Positions 47,322 through 55,976 of a stretch of DNA of 64,000 nt are shown piece after piece. The notes under the pieces were generated by a model that was not told where the DNA came from, did no database searches, and saw nothing but the letters and a program-made list of their open reading frames with translations. This DNA is from an uncultured Gammaproteobacteria bacterium (GTDB taxonomy: Bacteria; Patescibacteriota; Patescibacteriia; Magasanikbacterales; UBA922). The translations under genes were made by a program, and so were the position numbers. The stretch lies in assembly GCA_964565405.1 (NCBI GenBank), contig CAZMEW010000002.1, positions 20,918-84,917 of the forward strand. The letters are read 5' to 3'. How positions within the stretch are numbered: position 1 is the stretch's first letter; the number at the start of each line of letters is the position of its first letter.

Positions 47322-47972
47322 TTAGTTATCTATTTTTGTTAATTGTTTTTTTATTGTCATAACTTGTTCTGCTGCAGCAATATCACGTTTGAATACCATA
47401 CTACCAGGGCAAATCGCATGCACACCACTTTTGGTAATTGCTTCAAGTGTATCTTCGTGCACCCCACCATCAAGTTCAGTGTATAAGTCTGGATATTTTT
47501 CTCTACATTCTCGTATTTTTTTTAGCACGTTTGGAATAAGCTTTTGTCCCTGGAAACCAGGTACTACACCCATAAAAAGAATGCCATCAATGGTATCTTT
47601 TATCAATTCGATCTGACTAAGTGGTGTTTTTGGATTAAGGGCTACAAAAATTTCCTGATTATACTCTCGCGCATTCGCGATTGTTTCAGAAATATTTTTC
47701 ATTGATTCAAGATGGATAATAAAACGAACAACAGAGGAGGTGGTACTCCATTCAGCTATCACCTCGAGAGGTGAGGCAACCATCAAATGAAGTTCGAATG
47801 TATAGTCTTCGACCTGCTGGATTGCTTCGGGTTCCCCCCATGTGGTATTAGGTACAAAAGTACCATCAGCAATATCTAATTGAACATGATTAACTGTATG
47901 TTCTAAAGAGTTAAGTTGATTAAAAAATTCTTCTTTGGTTTTGACCAAAATCGAAGGAATAACGTCAATCAT
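47322..47972 (-). CDS. rpe: ribulose-phosphate 3-epimerase
   Basis: PSIL, LDIADGTFVPN, ELHLMV, ALNPKTP, MGVVPGFQGQ and DGGV. Confidence 0.92.
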   Translation of the reverse strand: MIDVIPSILVKTKEEFFNQLNSLEHTVNHVQLDIADGTFVPNTTWGEPEAIQQVEDYTFELHLMVASPLEVIAEWSTTSSVVRFIIHLESMKNISETIANAREYNQEIFVALNPKTPLSQIELIKDTIDGILFMGVVPGFQGQKLIPNVLKKIRECREKYPDLYTELDGGVHEDTLEAITKSGVHAICPGSMVFKRDIAAAEQVMTIKKQLTKIDN

Positions 47973-48427
47973 ACACTTCCTTCATATTCTTCAATTTTGG
48001 ACAAACGTCTCGTATGCCTATCAGCTTCACTAAAAGGTGTTTCAAGCCATCGCTTCACAATAGCCATAGCAAAATCTTCTGAGAGGTGATCAGCAGCAAG
48101 GCAGAGTATATTGGTATTATCATCTTTCATCATTGATTCTGCTACTGCAATGTTATATCCAATGCCTGCGCGAACTCCTTTGACTTTATTTGCTGCGATG
48201 CACACTCCAATACCATTACGACACACCAGGATGCCACGGGCGGTTTCTTCGACGACACGCTTGGCAAGGGGAAATGCATAGTCTGTATAATCATCGTCTT
48301 CGACATGATGCGCAGGACCGAGATCGGCGACTGGTCGATTGAGCTCATTCTCAATAAAACGAACCAGGCGTTTTTTCAAAGCATATCCACCATGGTCCCC
48401 ACTAATATAGAGTGCGCCTGTGTACAT
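47969..48427 (-). CDS. rpiB: ribose-5-phosphate isomerase B
   Basis: GDHGGY.LK, DDY, GILVC..GIG..IAANKVKGVRA and RH.RR..KI. Start taken at ATG 48427. Confidence 0.93.
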   Translation of the reverse strand: MYTGALYISGDHGGYALKKRLVRFIENELNRPVADLGPAHHVEDDDYTDYAFPLAKRVVEETARGILVCRNGIGVCIAANKVKGVRAGIGYNIAVAESMMKDDNTNILCLAADHLSEDFAMAIVKRWLETPFSEADRHTRRLSKIEEYEGSV

Positions 48428-48612
48428 AATAAAATCAGTTATCCCAGTGTTAATTATAGAAGAAAGTATACTGTTTTTGTAGTCTGAGGTAAAGAGAGTA
48501 TAGTCATAATTTGACGGTAGCACAAGTTGCAGCTATGATAGAAAATATAGTACAAATTATTCGCATCTCTACCGACATATCCCTGATTTCTTTACTTCTA
48601 ATTATTTTTTAT

Positions 48613-49062
48613 ATGAAAGTTAAAGAATTGATGGACACCAATGCGGTTTCGGTCTCTCCTGAAACAACATATGAAGAAGTGGCACGTCTACTCTACACTC
48701 ATCAAGTAAGTGGTGCACCAGTACTTGATGATAAGGAGCGTGTGATTGGGTTTGTGTCAGAGAAAGATATTGTACGGATCCTGTATCCCTGGTACAAGAG
48801 TTTCTACGAAAGTCCTGAGAGCTATACGGATATGGAAGCACGAGAGTCAAAAGCAGGCGACATTCGTAATACCAAGGTAGAAGTATTCATGAAGCGGAAT
48901 ATTATAACCGTGACTCCTGACGATCCTATTATGAAAGCCTGCGCTCTCATGCTCGCGCACGATATCAATCGTCTGCCTGTAGTGGAATATGGAAAAGTAG
49001 TAGGAGCAGTGAGTAGGGATAGTATCTATAAGGCAGTACTCAAGAAGAATTTTTCGCTCTAA
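48613..49062 (+). CDS. CBS-pair domain protein
   Basis: MKVKELM, SGAPVLD...IGFVSEKD and RLPVV..GKVVG.VSR. Confidence 0.9.
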   Translation: MKVKELMDTNAVSVSPETTYEEVARLLYTHQVSGAPVLDDKERVIGFVSEKDIVRILYPWYKSFYESPESYTDMEARESKAGDIRNTKVEVFMKRNIITVTPDDPIMKACALMLAHDINRLPVVEYGKVVGAVSRDSIYKAVLKKNFSL

Positions 49063-49110
49063 TTTTGACTTTTTACTTTTATTCCTGTAAAGTTGCTTAT
49101 ACAATTCTAT

Positions 49111-49296
49111 AAGCGCTTTTTCTGCTATCAACAGAAATTCCTTCGGGAGCGCTAGAGGAAGAACCCCGCCCTTTGCGAAGGGCTAGGAGTAGAACCTCTC
49201 GGGTATGCCCGTAATCGCATCTATGAAGCAGCCGCTGTGGAAGTGAGGTGGTACCGCCCAATCAGGGTCCTCACACTGGGGGCTTTTTATTTTTTT
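49111..49296 (+). promoter_or_regulatory. T-box riboswitch upstream of ileS
   Basis: T-box GGTGGTACCGC (49247-49257) inside antiterminator GTGAGG...CCTCAC. AGTA/GAA S-turn stem II, GCCCGTAATC stem IIA/B region, downstream T-tract. Ile codon ATC at 49127-29. Confidence 0.85.
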
Positions 49297-49303
49297 ACAA
49301 CGT

Positions 49304-52300
49304 ATGCCATATAATGCAAAAGACCAGGAACTAGAAGTACTGAAACATTGGGATAAGACCGATGCTTTTCGAAAATCTGTCGAAAATCGACCAGTAAAAA
49401 ATCGATATGCTTTTTATGATGGTCCTCCATTTGCAACTGGTCTACCGCACTATGGGCATATTGTAGCATCTGTCATGAAAGATGCGGTTCCACGCTACTG
49501 GACTATGCAAGGATATCGAGTTGAACGAGTCTGGGGATGGGATTGTCATGGACTTCCGATTGAAAATATTGTTGAAAAAGAACTTGGTACCAAAAGTAAA
49601 AAAGATATTGAGGAAATGGGGGTAGCTGAATTCAATGAGCGATGCCGTTCAAAAGTGTTGAGCTATGTAGGCGAGTGGGAGAAAACGATCACACGTCTCG
49701 GTCGCTGGGTAGATATGAAGAATGCGTATCGTACGATGGATAATGGCTACATGGAATCAGTGTGGGCTGTATTCAAACAACTCTGGGATAAAGATCTGAT
49801 TTATCATGGGTATAAACCGATGCACATTTGTCCTCGTTGTGAGACGACTTTGTCTCAACAAGAAGTTACTGAAGGATATAAAGATATCAAAGATATTTCA
49901 GTAACAGCAAAGTTTAAGGTGACAAATGCTAAAGAAAAATTAGGAATTGATGGTGATGTTTATATACTTGCGTGGACTACAACGCCGTGGACATTGCCGG
50001 GGAATGTGTTGTTAGCAGTCGGAAACGAAATCGATTATATTTCAGCAGAAACTTTGTTATTTAAGGGTGAAGACGAGACCTATATTGTGTCTAAACAGGC
50101 TTTGCAACATCATTTATTGAAAGGTGCTGATGAACAGGTTTTTAGTCAATTATTGGGGCTGGATGATCATCATTGGATTGTGGGTGCAAAAGAAAATCAT
50201 TCGGAAAGAGTGAGAGAATTTAAGGGAAAAGATTTAGTTGGCCTTACATACGAACCATTATTCCCATATTTTGCTGATAGTAAAAATTCTTTCCGTGTAG
50301 TTGCGGCAGATTTTGTAACGACTGAGGATGGAAGTGGTGTGGTACACCTTGCACCTGCGTTTGGTACGGATGATTACGAAGTATTCAAAAAAGAAAACGT
50401 ACCGTTTATTCAGCATGTAAAAATGGATGGAACATTTATTGACGCAGTCACGGATTTTGCAGGCATGCATGTGAAACCTGCAGAAGACCACATGGCAACT
50501 GATGTTGAAATCGTGAAGTGGCTCGCACACAATGGCAAACTTTTCTCAAAGAAAAAATACGAACACAGCTACCCCCATTGTTGGCGTTGTGATACTCCAC
50601 TCATCAATTATGCGACCAGTAGTTGGTTTGTAAATGTAACGAAAATAAAAGCAAAAGCTCTCAAGCAAGCAGAGAAGATTAATTGGTCGCCCGAGCATAT
50701 TAAGGAAGGTCGATTCGGTAAATGGCTGGAAGGTGCGCGTGACTGGTCTATTTCCCGACAGCGATTCTGGGCAACGGTTATTCCAGTCTGGCAGAACGCA
50801 GATGGTGATTCGATTTGTGTTGGTTCTCTTAAAGAACTCGAAGAATTGTCAGGACAGAAAATAGATGATCTGCATAAACATATTGTCGACAAAATTACAT
50901 TTGAAAAAGATGGAAAAACGTATACACGTGTTCCGGATGTACTCGATACGTGGTTCGATTCCGGCTCCATGCCGTATGCAGAGGTACATTATCCATTTGA
51001 AAATAAAGAAAAATTTGAGGATAGTTTCCCTGCAGAATTTATTGCAGAAGGTCAGGATCAGACGCGTGCATGGTTCTATTACTTACACGTACTTGCAGTG
51101 AGTCTTTTTGGAAAACCAGCGTATAAGAATGTAATCGTGAATGGAATTGTCTTGGCAGAAGACGGGAAAAAGATGAGTAAGAAATTGCAGAATTATCCTG
51201 ATCCAAATATCTTACTTGAAAAATACGGAGCAGATGCGCTTCGATATTATTTGCTGACGTCACCAGTGATGGCAGCAGAGAATCTCAATTTTGCTGAAGC
51301 GGGCGTGCGAGAAATGTATAACAAACTCGTAAATACGCTATGGAATGTGTGTGAGTTTTATGAGTTGTTTGCAGAAAAAGTCGAAAGTCGAAAGTCGAAA
51401 GTCGAAAGTAAACACATTTTGGATCGTTGGATTCTTTCCAAACTTAATATTTTGGTTAAGGAAGTTACTGGTGGAATGGAATCGTATAAATTAGCGGAAG
51501 CGAGTCGACCAATTGTGGAATTTGTTACTGAATTATCACAATGGTATGTACGCCGAAGTCGGGATCGATTTAAAAAAATAACGAATAACGAACAACGAAC
51601 AACGAACAAAAATACAGAAGATGATTTTTATGCAGCACTGTCTACATTACGATATGTTTTGTTAACCCTGTCAAAAGTGATGGCACCATTCACGCCGTTT
51701 ATCGCAGAAACGCTGTATCAAAAAGTGGGGGGAGTCATGGGAAGTGTGCACCTTGAAGATTTTCCCGTATATAATAAGAAGGAAGTAGATGAAAAAGTAT
51801 TGGAAGAGATGCAGAGTATTCGAAAAGTGGTAGAAATGGGTCTTGCACTTCGAGCACAATCTGGAATAAAAGTACGCCAGACTTTATCAACATTATATTT
51901 TAGTGGAGTTACTCTTTCTGACGCCGGGCAGGAAATTATTGCAGATGAGATGAATGTAAAATCGGTCGTACATAAGGTTCCTGAAGCGACTGAACGTGTG
52001 AGGGTTAAAGAAGAAAATGCGATAAAAGTAGGATTAGATATCGAAATAACAGATGAATTGAAAAAAGAAGGACTAGTCCGAGAAATAGTAAGAGCGGTGA
52101 ATCAGATGAGAAAAGAGCGGGGGTTAACCGTAGAAGATATGGTTACTCTGTACTGGCACACGGGGGATGAACAATTGCGAGAAGTGTTTGAGAATTATTC
52201 AAAAGAAATCGCAACTGGAGTATTGGCAGGGAGTATTGTAGAGCAAAAAAATGAGGGAAGTGTAGAAATTGAAGGAGTACAAATTTCACTAACTATTGAA

Positions 52301-52309
52301 AAGAAATAA
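49304..52309 (+). CDS. ileS: isoleucine-tRNA ligase (type 2)
   Basis: DGPPFATGLPHYGH, GWDCHGLP, WTTTPWTLP, DWSISRQRFW, EGQDQTRAWFY and KMSKK; no C-terminal Zn finger. Confidence 0.97.
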   Translation: MPYNAKDQELEVLKHWDKTDAFRKSVENRPVKNRYAFYDGPPFATGLPHYGHIVASVMKDAVPRYWTMQGYRVERVWGWDCHGLPIENIVEKELGTKSKKDIEEMGVAEFNERCRSKVLSYVGEWEKTITRLGRWVDMKNAYRTMDNGYMESVWAVFKQLWDKDLIYHGYKPMHICPRCETTLSQQEVTEGYKDIKDISVTAKFKVTNAKEKLGIDGDVYILAWTTTPWTLPGNVLLAVGNEIDYISAETLLFKGEDETYIVSKQALQHHLLKGADEQVFSQLLGLDDHHWIVGAKENHSERVREFKGKDLVGLTYEPLFPYFADSKNSFRVVAADFVTTEDGSGVVHLAPAFGTDDYEVFKKENVPFIQHVKMDGTFIDAVTDFAGMHVKPAEDHMATDVEIVKWLAHNGKLFSKKKYEHSYPHCWRCDTPLINYATSSWFVNVTKIKAKALKQAEKINWSPEHIKEGRFGKWLEGARDWSISRQRFWATVIPVWQNADGDSICVGSLKELEELSGQKIDDLHKHIVDKITFEKDGKTYTRVPDVLDTWFDSGSMPYAEVHYPFENKEKFEDSFPAEFIAEGQDQTRAWFYYLHVLAVSLFGKPAYKNVIVNGIVLAEDGKKMSKKLQNYPDPNILLEKYGADALRYYLLTSPVMAAENLNFAEAGVREMYNKLVNTLWNVCEFYELFAEKVESRKSKVESKHILDRWILSKLNILVKEVTGGMESYKLAEASRPIVEFVTELSQWYVRRSRDRFKKITNNEQRTTNKNTEDDFYAALSTLRYVLLTLSKVMAPFTPFIAETLYQKVGGVMGSVHLEDFPVYNKKEVDEKVLEEMQSIRKVVEMGLALRAQSGIKVRQTLSTLYFSGVTLSDAGQEIIADEMNVKSVVHKVPEATERVRVKEENAIKVGLDIEITDELKKEGLVREIVRAVNQMRKERGLTVEDMVTLYWHTGDEQLREVFENYSKEIATGVLAGSIVEQKNEGSVEIEGVQISLTIEKK
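51377..51409 (+). repeat. heptamer tandem repeat (AAAGTCG)x4+AAAGT inside ileS
   Basis: Read directly; encodes KVESRKSKVES. Confidence 0.9.
51577..51609 (+). repeat. heptamer tandem repeat (AAYAACG)x4+AACAA inside ileS
   Basis: Read directly; encodes ITNNEQRTTN. Confidence 0.9.
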
Positions 52310-52315
52310 TCACCT

Positions 52316-53821
52316 ATGAAATACACGACACAAACCAATATCAATGAATTAAAACCGTGCAACGTAATTATATTTCCAATATTTGAAGATCAGAAAGTAG
52401 AGTCTGAGTTGAAAAGTTTTGGAATGCTCGATGATCGAAGAAAAAAGATCGTTGATGCAATTGAACTTGAGGAATTCAAAGGAAGAAAATTTGAACGATT
52501 AGTACTGCATACCGAAGATGCACATCATCCTCGAATCATGCTCGTGGGGCTTGGAAAAGAAAAGGAATATTCAGTAAAAAAATTACGTGAATGTGTGGGT
52601 GCTGGATTTATCCATGCACAAGGTAAAAAATGGAAAAAAGTTTCAGTAGTGGTTACCGGCGCTCTCAGAAAGAAAGAAACGAGTGAACAGATCGGATCTC
52701 TCCTCACACGTGCAGTAGAAATTTCTACCTATGCCTATGATGAACACAAGACTGACAAAGAAGCTCGAACAGTCCCTCTCGATGAAGTTCAGTTTGTTGG
52801 ATTAGTAAATGCTACTGAGAAAAAAGCGTTTGAGAAGGGTGTAAGTCATGGGAAAATCGTTGCTGGAGGTGTGAATTTTACCCGTCACCTAGGGAATACT
52901 CCTCCGAGCACTATGACTCCAGAATATCTAGCACATGCTGCAGTTGAAATGACAAAGAAAACTAAACTCAAAACAAAAATTTTGAACAAAGCAGAGATTC
53001 AAAAACTAGGAATGGGCTGTTTGTTGGGAGTTGCACAAGGATCTGAACATGAACCAAAATTTATCATTGTGGAATATTGGGGTGCGGCAAAGTCACAGAA
53101 GCCAATTGTATTGGTGGGTAAAGGAATCACATTTGATTCTGGTGGATTATCAATCAAGCCAGCAAACTGGATGTCTGAAATGAAGTATGACATGCTTGGC
53201 GGGGCGGCTGTACTTGGTGCGATCAAGGTTGCGTCAGAGCTTAAATTGAAAAAAAATATTGTAGGACTTATTCCGAGTGCAGAAAACATGCCAAGTGGTA
53301 CTGCATTTCGCCCAGATGATATTCTTGTTGCCATGAATGGAAAAACAGTTGAAATTCTAAATACTGATGCAGAAGGACGACTTATTCTTGCGGACGCTCT
53401 ATGCTACGCAAAGAAATACGAACCAGCAGAAGTGATTGATCTCGCCACTCTTACAGGTGCATGTATGGGTGCTCTCGGGTCAGAACGTTCGGGATTATTC
53501 ACTCCAGATGATAAAATGTGTGAGAGACTCGTTGAAGCAGGGGATGGTGTAGGTGAGCTATTGTGGAGATTACCTCTTGGTGAAGAATATAGTGAAGCTA
53601 TGAAAAGTGAAATTGCTGATATCAAAAATCTTGGTGGCGTAGGGAACCCTGCATTTGGTGGAGCATCGACCGCTGCTGCATTCCTTCAATTCTTCGTAGA
53701 TTACAAATGGGCGCACATTGATCTTGCAAGCGCCATATTTATGGGCAAAGCAAAACCATGGCTTCGTCCTGGCGCAAATGGATTTGGTGTTGAAACTCTT
53801 GTTTCCTACCTTTCACGTTAA
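52316..53821 (+). CDS. pepA: leucyl aminopeptidase (M17)
   Basis: VGKGITFDSGG.SIKP, MKYDM.G, NTDAEGRL.LAD and DLATLTGA. Confidence 0.96.
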   Translation: MKYTTQTNINELKPCNVIIFPIFEDQKVESELKSFGMLDDRRKKIVDAIELEEFKGRKFERLVLHTEDAHHPRIMLVGLGKEKEYSVKKLRECVGAGFIHAQGKKWKKVSVVVTGALRKKETSEQIGSLLTRAVEISTYAYDEHKTDKEARTVPLDEVQFVGLVNATEKKAFEKGVSHGKIVAGGVNFTRHLGNTPPSTMTPEYLAHAAVEMTKKTKLKTKILNKAEIQKLGMGCLLGVAQGSEHEPKFIIVEYWGAAKSQKPIVLVGKGITFDSGGLSIKPANWMSEMKYDMLGGAAVLGAIKVASELKLKKNIVGLIPSAENMPSGTAFRPDDILVAMNGKTVEILNTDAEGRLILADALCYAKKYEPAEVIDLATLTGACMGALGSERSGLFTPDDKMCERLVEAGDGVGELLWRLPLGEEYSEAMKSEIADIKNLGGVGNPAFGGASTAAAFLQFFVDYKWAHIDLASAIFMGKAKPWLRPGANGFGVETLVSYLSR

Positions 53822-53824
53822 TCT

Positions 53825-54403
53825 ATGATCGCACATATTCAAGGAATGATTATTGGAAGTACCAAACAAAGTGTGATTGTGGGAACACAGTCAGGACTTG
53901 GATATGAAGTAGTACTTCCAACGTATAAGCTTCTTGAATTAAACACAGGAGTTCCAGTGTCATTTTTCATCTATCACAAAGTCAGTGAGAATAGCCAGGA
54001 ATTATTTGGCTTTTCAGTTATGGAAGAGCGAGAGTTCTTTATGCTCCTCATGACTGTCTCTGGAATTGGACCGAAAAGTGCAATGAATATTATGTCACTC
54101 GGATCAGTCGAGGATATCCGGGACGCAATTGCGAGAGGTGATGTAGGCTACCTTACCTCAATTCAAGGAATGGGGAAGAAAACTGCAGAGAGATTGGTGG
54201 TTGAGTTGAAAAGTAAAATTGATCTCGGATCACGAGTATCGGTTCGCTCCAAACCTGCTGACGGAGTGCTCGATGATGTGGTTGAAGGTTTGATATCTAT
54301 GGGATATACCAAAGATGAATCAAGAGACATGCTTCAGAATGTGGAAGGTGAAGGAAAGAGTGCCGCAGAAATTTTGAAAGAAGTATTGTCGAGAAAGCGT
54401 TAA
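53825..54403 (+). CDS. ruvA: Holliday junction branch migration protein RuvA
   Basis: MIAHIQG, GLGYEV, LFGF...ER..F..L..VSGIGPKSA, G.GKKTAERLVVELK and L.SMGY. Confidence 0.95.
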   Translation: MIAHIQGMIIGSTKQSVIVGTQSGLGYEVVLPTYKLLELNTGVPVSFFIYHKVSENSQELFGFSVMEEREFFMLLMTVSGIGPKSAMNIMSLGSVEDIRDAIARGDVGYLTSIQGMGKKTAERLVVELKSKIDLGSRVSVRSKPADGVLDDVVEGLISMGYTKDESRDMLQNVEGEGKSAAEILKEVLSRKR

Positions 54404-54542
54404 CTAAAAATTTAGAAACAAAAAACCAGGCTGATGAAGCGTGGTTTTTTGTTCTAACCTATTTGCAAAATTTACAAACATGTTTCGCAGGCCCCTTTTT
54501 CAGTGTGGGGCGCACTGCCGGTTAGCACCGGCGGTATATTCG

Positions 54543-54953
54543 CTAGCGAGGCGGGACCCAGCCTTGCACATCCATGTCGAGGTTGAGGCCGAGTTCGTTC
54601 AGCACCTCAATCGTCTTCTCGAGATGCTTTTTGCCGAAGCCGTCGAGCTTCAGGAGTTCCTCACGTGTCATCTGAACGATCTGACCAACATAGGAGATAC
54701 CTGTGTGGGAGAACGTAGCCCACTTTTGACTGTTGAGGTATTTCCCATAGTTCAGCTCGTGGATACTTTTGTTAAGCTTCTCCATGAGTGAAGCGTGGAT
54801 TCGATCTGCTTCCTGTACAGCGTACGACCCACGCTGCACTTGTTTGAACGTGAGATGATTTCGAGCCCACCAATTCGCTGTTTCCTCGTCCATGTCCATC
54901 GGAATTGCCGCTACGGCCATTATCACAAGCCTACGGTATGTTTCAGGTTTCAT
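54543..54953 (-). CDS. stand-alone protein with RNA polymerase alpha-CTD-like C-terminal domain
   Basis: GISYVGQIVQMTREELLKLDGFGKKHLEKTIEVLNELGLNLDM...W.PP aligns by eye with the alpha-CTD (I.YIGDLVQ.TE.ELLK..NLGKKSL.EI..VL...GL.LGM...W.P). Start taken at ATG 54953. Confidence 0.75.
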   Translation of the reverse strand: MKPETYRRLVIMAVAAIPMDMDEETANWWARNHLTFKQVQRGSYAVQEADRIHASLMEKLNKSIHELNYGKYLNSQKWATFSHTGISYVGQIVQMTREELLKLDGFGKKHLEKTIEVLNELGLNLDMDVQGWVPPR

Positions 54954-55032
54954 AGCGCTACCTTCCTCATTTGTCTGTTTTGGCAACCGATCTTTTTATC
55001 ATAAAAATTAATTTCTGTCAATCCTCAAATCA

Positions 55033-55948
55033 AAAACCACCCTCATCAGGTGGTTTTTGATATCTAAAAATGAAGAAGATCTCCGTATCAACTGCACAGA
55101 AGTGCACGTTGTTACGGAGATCTAGACTAGGAGTGTGGTAGTAGCTAAGGTCGTTTCAGACCGCAGAACCACACACAGTCGTTGTAGCTCGTGTGCCGGG
55201 AGAAGGAGAACAGAAGGGTGCTTCGATCACCGTACGCACCGAGCACTAGCAGGTTTCCCTTCTCTTCTTCCCATGTCGCATCGGGATTGAAGATCCAGGT
55301 ACCATTTGTAGAACGCCAGATGCTTTTGACGTGCTGTTCGATGAGGGCTGCGATGTGCTCGAAGCCAGCTGGATCGAGATCGAGAAGTTCTCGGATCCGT
55401 TTGGCATGTTTGATGTTGGGGCGGTAGCTCAGTCGGTAGATGACGACGGTTGCGGTCGTCTTTTCACCCACAGTCCGGATGAGTGGGCCGAATGTCTCGG
55501 AGTCGAAGTGAATGGTCGCCCGGTTGATTCCTTCCAGACGTTTGCCCCAGTCTTCAGGGGTCAGTGTGGGATCGATCGTGACCACATACTCCCGCTTCTC
55601 TTTGACGAGTGCAGTGGGTCCATCATGGAGTTTCTGGAGAAGACCTCCGACCGAATCGGGATTCTCGATCCATTGCTGGGCAATGTTCGAGAATATATAT
55701 CCCGGGAGTTTTTGTACGAGTAGAGCGCTCAGCTCTTGGAGCTGCCCTTTACTCGCGTAGGAGTCTGACATGTGATTTTTCTCCTTGGCTCTCTTTTGGT
55801 ATGAGTGTAACCTGACCAAAAGCCGACCAGAGGTAGTTTTTTATGGCAGGAGCACCATTACCACTGCCACCTGGATAGAAATATGATACAAAATATGATT
55901 TTTGTCAATCATAAGACAAACTAAAACCACCCTCATCAGGTGGTTTTT
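55033..55948. repeat. 26-bp exact direct repeat, terminator-like hairpin (55033-55058 and 55923-55948)
   Basis: AAAACCACCCTCATCAGGTGGTTTTT occurs twice; a degenerate inverted copy lies at 54421-54450. Confidence 0.9.
55145..55771 (-). CDS. hypothetical protein
   Basis: ORF track 55145..55819; start moved to ATG 55771, which has an AAGGAG RBS. Looks more GC-rich than its neighbours. Confidence 0.65.
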   Translation of the reverse strand: MSDSYASKGQLQELSALLVQKLPGYIFSNIAQQWIENPDSVGGLLQKLHDGPTALVKEKREYVVTIDPTLTPEDWGKRLEGINRATIHFDSETFGPLIRTVGEKTTATVVIYRLSYRPNIKHAKRIRELLDLDPAGFEHIAALIEQHVKSIWRSTNGTWIFNPDATWEEEKGNLLVLGAYGDRSTLLFSFSRHTSYNDCVWFCGLKRP

Positions 55949-55976
55949 ATATTTCTAATCTTGAGTCAATCAATTT

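Noticed and set aside
53825-54403. ruvA without adjacent ruvB as a sign of gene loss
   Set aside because: ruvA and ruvB are often unlinked, and the rest of the genome is not visible.
55077-55123. Integron attC site
   Set aside because: It is a bulged hairpin, but RYYYAAC/GTTRRRY ends are not convincingly placed, no IntI-type integrase was recognised, and the genes have their own promoters.
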